In this document: positions 55,301-55,635 of the stretch, one piece after another
Position numbering within the stretch: the stretch's first letter is position 1
How the letters are laid out: every line of letters starts with the position of its first letter
The notes under the pieces: model-generated
Seen by the model: the letters and a program-made list of their open reading frames with translations, nothing else
Database searches by the model: none
Told to the model about the DNA's origin: nothing
Translations under genes and position numbers: made by a program
DNA from: a virus
Taxonomy: Duplodnaviria; Caudoviricetes
Virus record (IMG/VR): IMGVR_UViG_3300044995_000318
Coordinates: 1 to 55,635 of that record
Direction: 5' to 3' (one strand)
Length of the DNA stretch: 55,635 nt

Positions 55301-55635
55301 GTCTTGATGCACAGATACGAATAGGGACCGTGCGTTTCGCCGGGTAACCCGCAACATCCGCAAGGATAATACTCGTATCTACCAACACAGGTGGATCGTA
55401 TGTTCCCACGCTCGCAACTTCGTTCCGACTTCGTCGTCCCTTGTTGCTCGCTGTCGAACATACGCCTCACGATCATGGCAAAAAAATATTTGTTAAATTA
55501 AATTAGTCGTCTTGATGCACAGATACGAATAGGGACCGTGCGTTTCGCCGGGTAACCCGCAACATCCGCAAGGATAATACTCGTATCTACCAACACAGGT
55601 GGATCGTATGTTCCCACGCTCGCAACTTCGTTCCG
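55301..55635. repeat. 208-bp-period direct repeat, GC-rich and structured; second copy truncated by the window end
   Basis: 55301-55427 is identical to 55509-55635 (127 bp). Confidence 0.92.

Noticed and set aside
54877-55476. 199-aa minus-strand ORF
   Set aside because: It is antisense to the VWA gene and runs through the structured repeat; no recognisable motifs.
55301-55635. Terminal repeat as a CRISPR array, tRNA or hammerhead ribozyme
   Set aside because: The unit is 208 bp with identical copies and no spacers; there is no cloverleaf or T-loop; GAAAC...GTC is present but the CUGANGA core is missing.
1-55635. Stop-codon reassignment, as seen in some large phages
   Set aside because: TAA, TAG and TGA all end genes at tightly coupled boundaries, and coding density is high under the standard code.
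1-55635. Integrase, transposase, reverse transcriptase/DGR, tRNA or rRNA genes, major capsid and tail sheath
   Set aside because: No recognisable motifs were seen; capsid and sheath genes are presumably outside this window.

Overview
This is a 55.6 kb, AT-rich, gene-dense fragment of a large tailed phage genome, probably myovirus-like, using the standard genetic code. The left arm holds tail/baseplate genes with an embedded sigma70-family factor, then a degenerate primase-like gene and a terminase large subunit carrying a mini-intein. Next is a long replication/recombination block: RNase H, SbcD/SbcC (Mre11/Rad50), a stand-alone Cas7/Csm3-like RAMP protein, an SF2 helicase, DnaB, a lambda-O-like initiator with internal iterons, DnaG, a UDG-fused family A DNA polymerase, a probable SSB, RecA and RecQ. 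After that come a bacterial-type RNA polymerase beta subunit split over two genes (the first fused to about 830 aa of unrelated domains joined by K-x-A linkers), a probable portal, and Gly/Ala-rich virion-like genes. The right end is an accessory region (DUF1064, MazG-like, DUF932, MoxR AAA plus VWA/metallopeptidase) ending in a 208-bp-period structured repeat. The leading candidates for something new are the CRISPR-less RAMP coupled to the nuclease/helicase genes, the split RpoB polyprotein with a recurring K-x-A motif, and several promoter/hairpin-chain/small-ORF units together with the terminal structured repeat. All product calls come from recognising motifs by eye; no searches were run.
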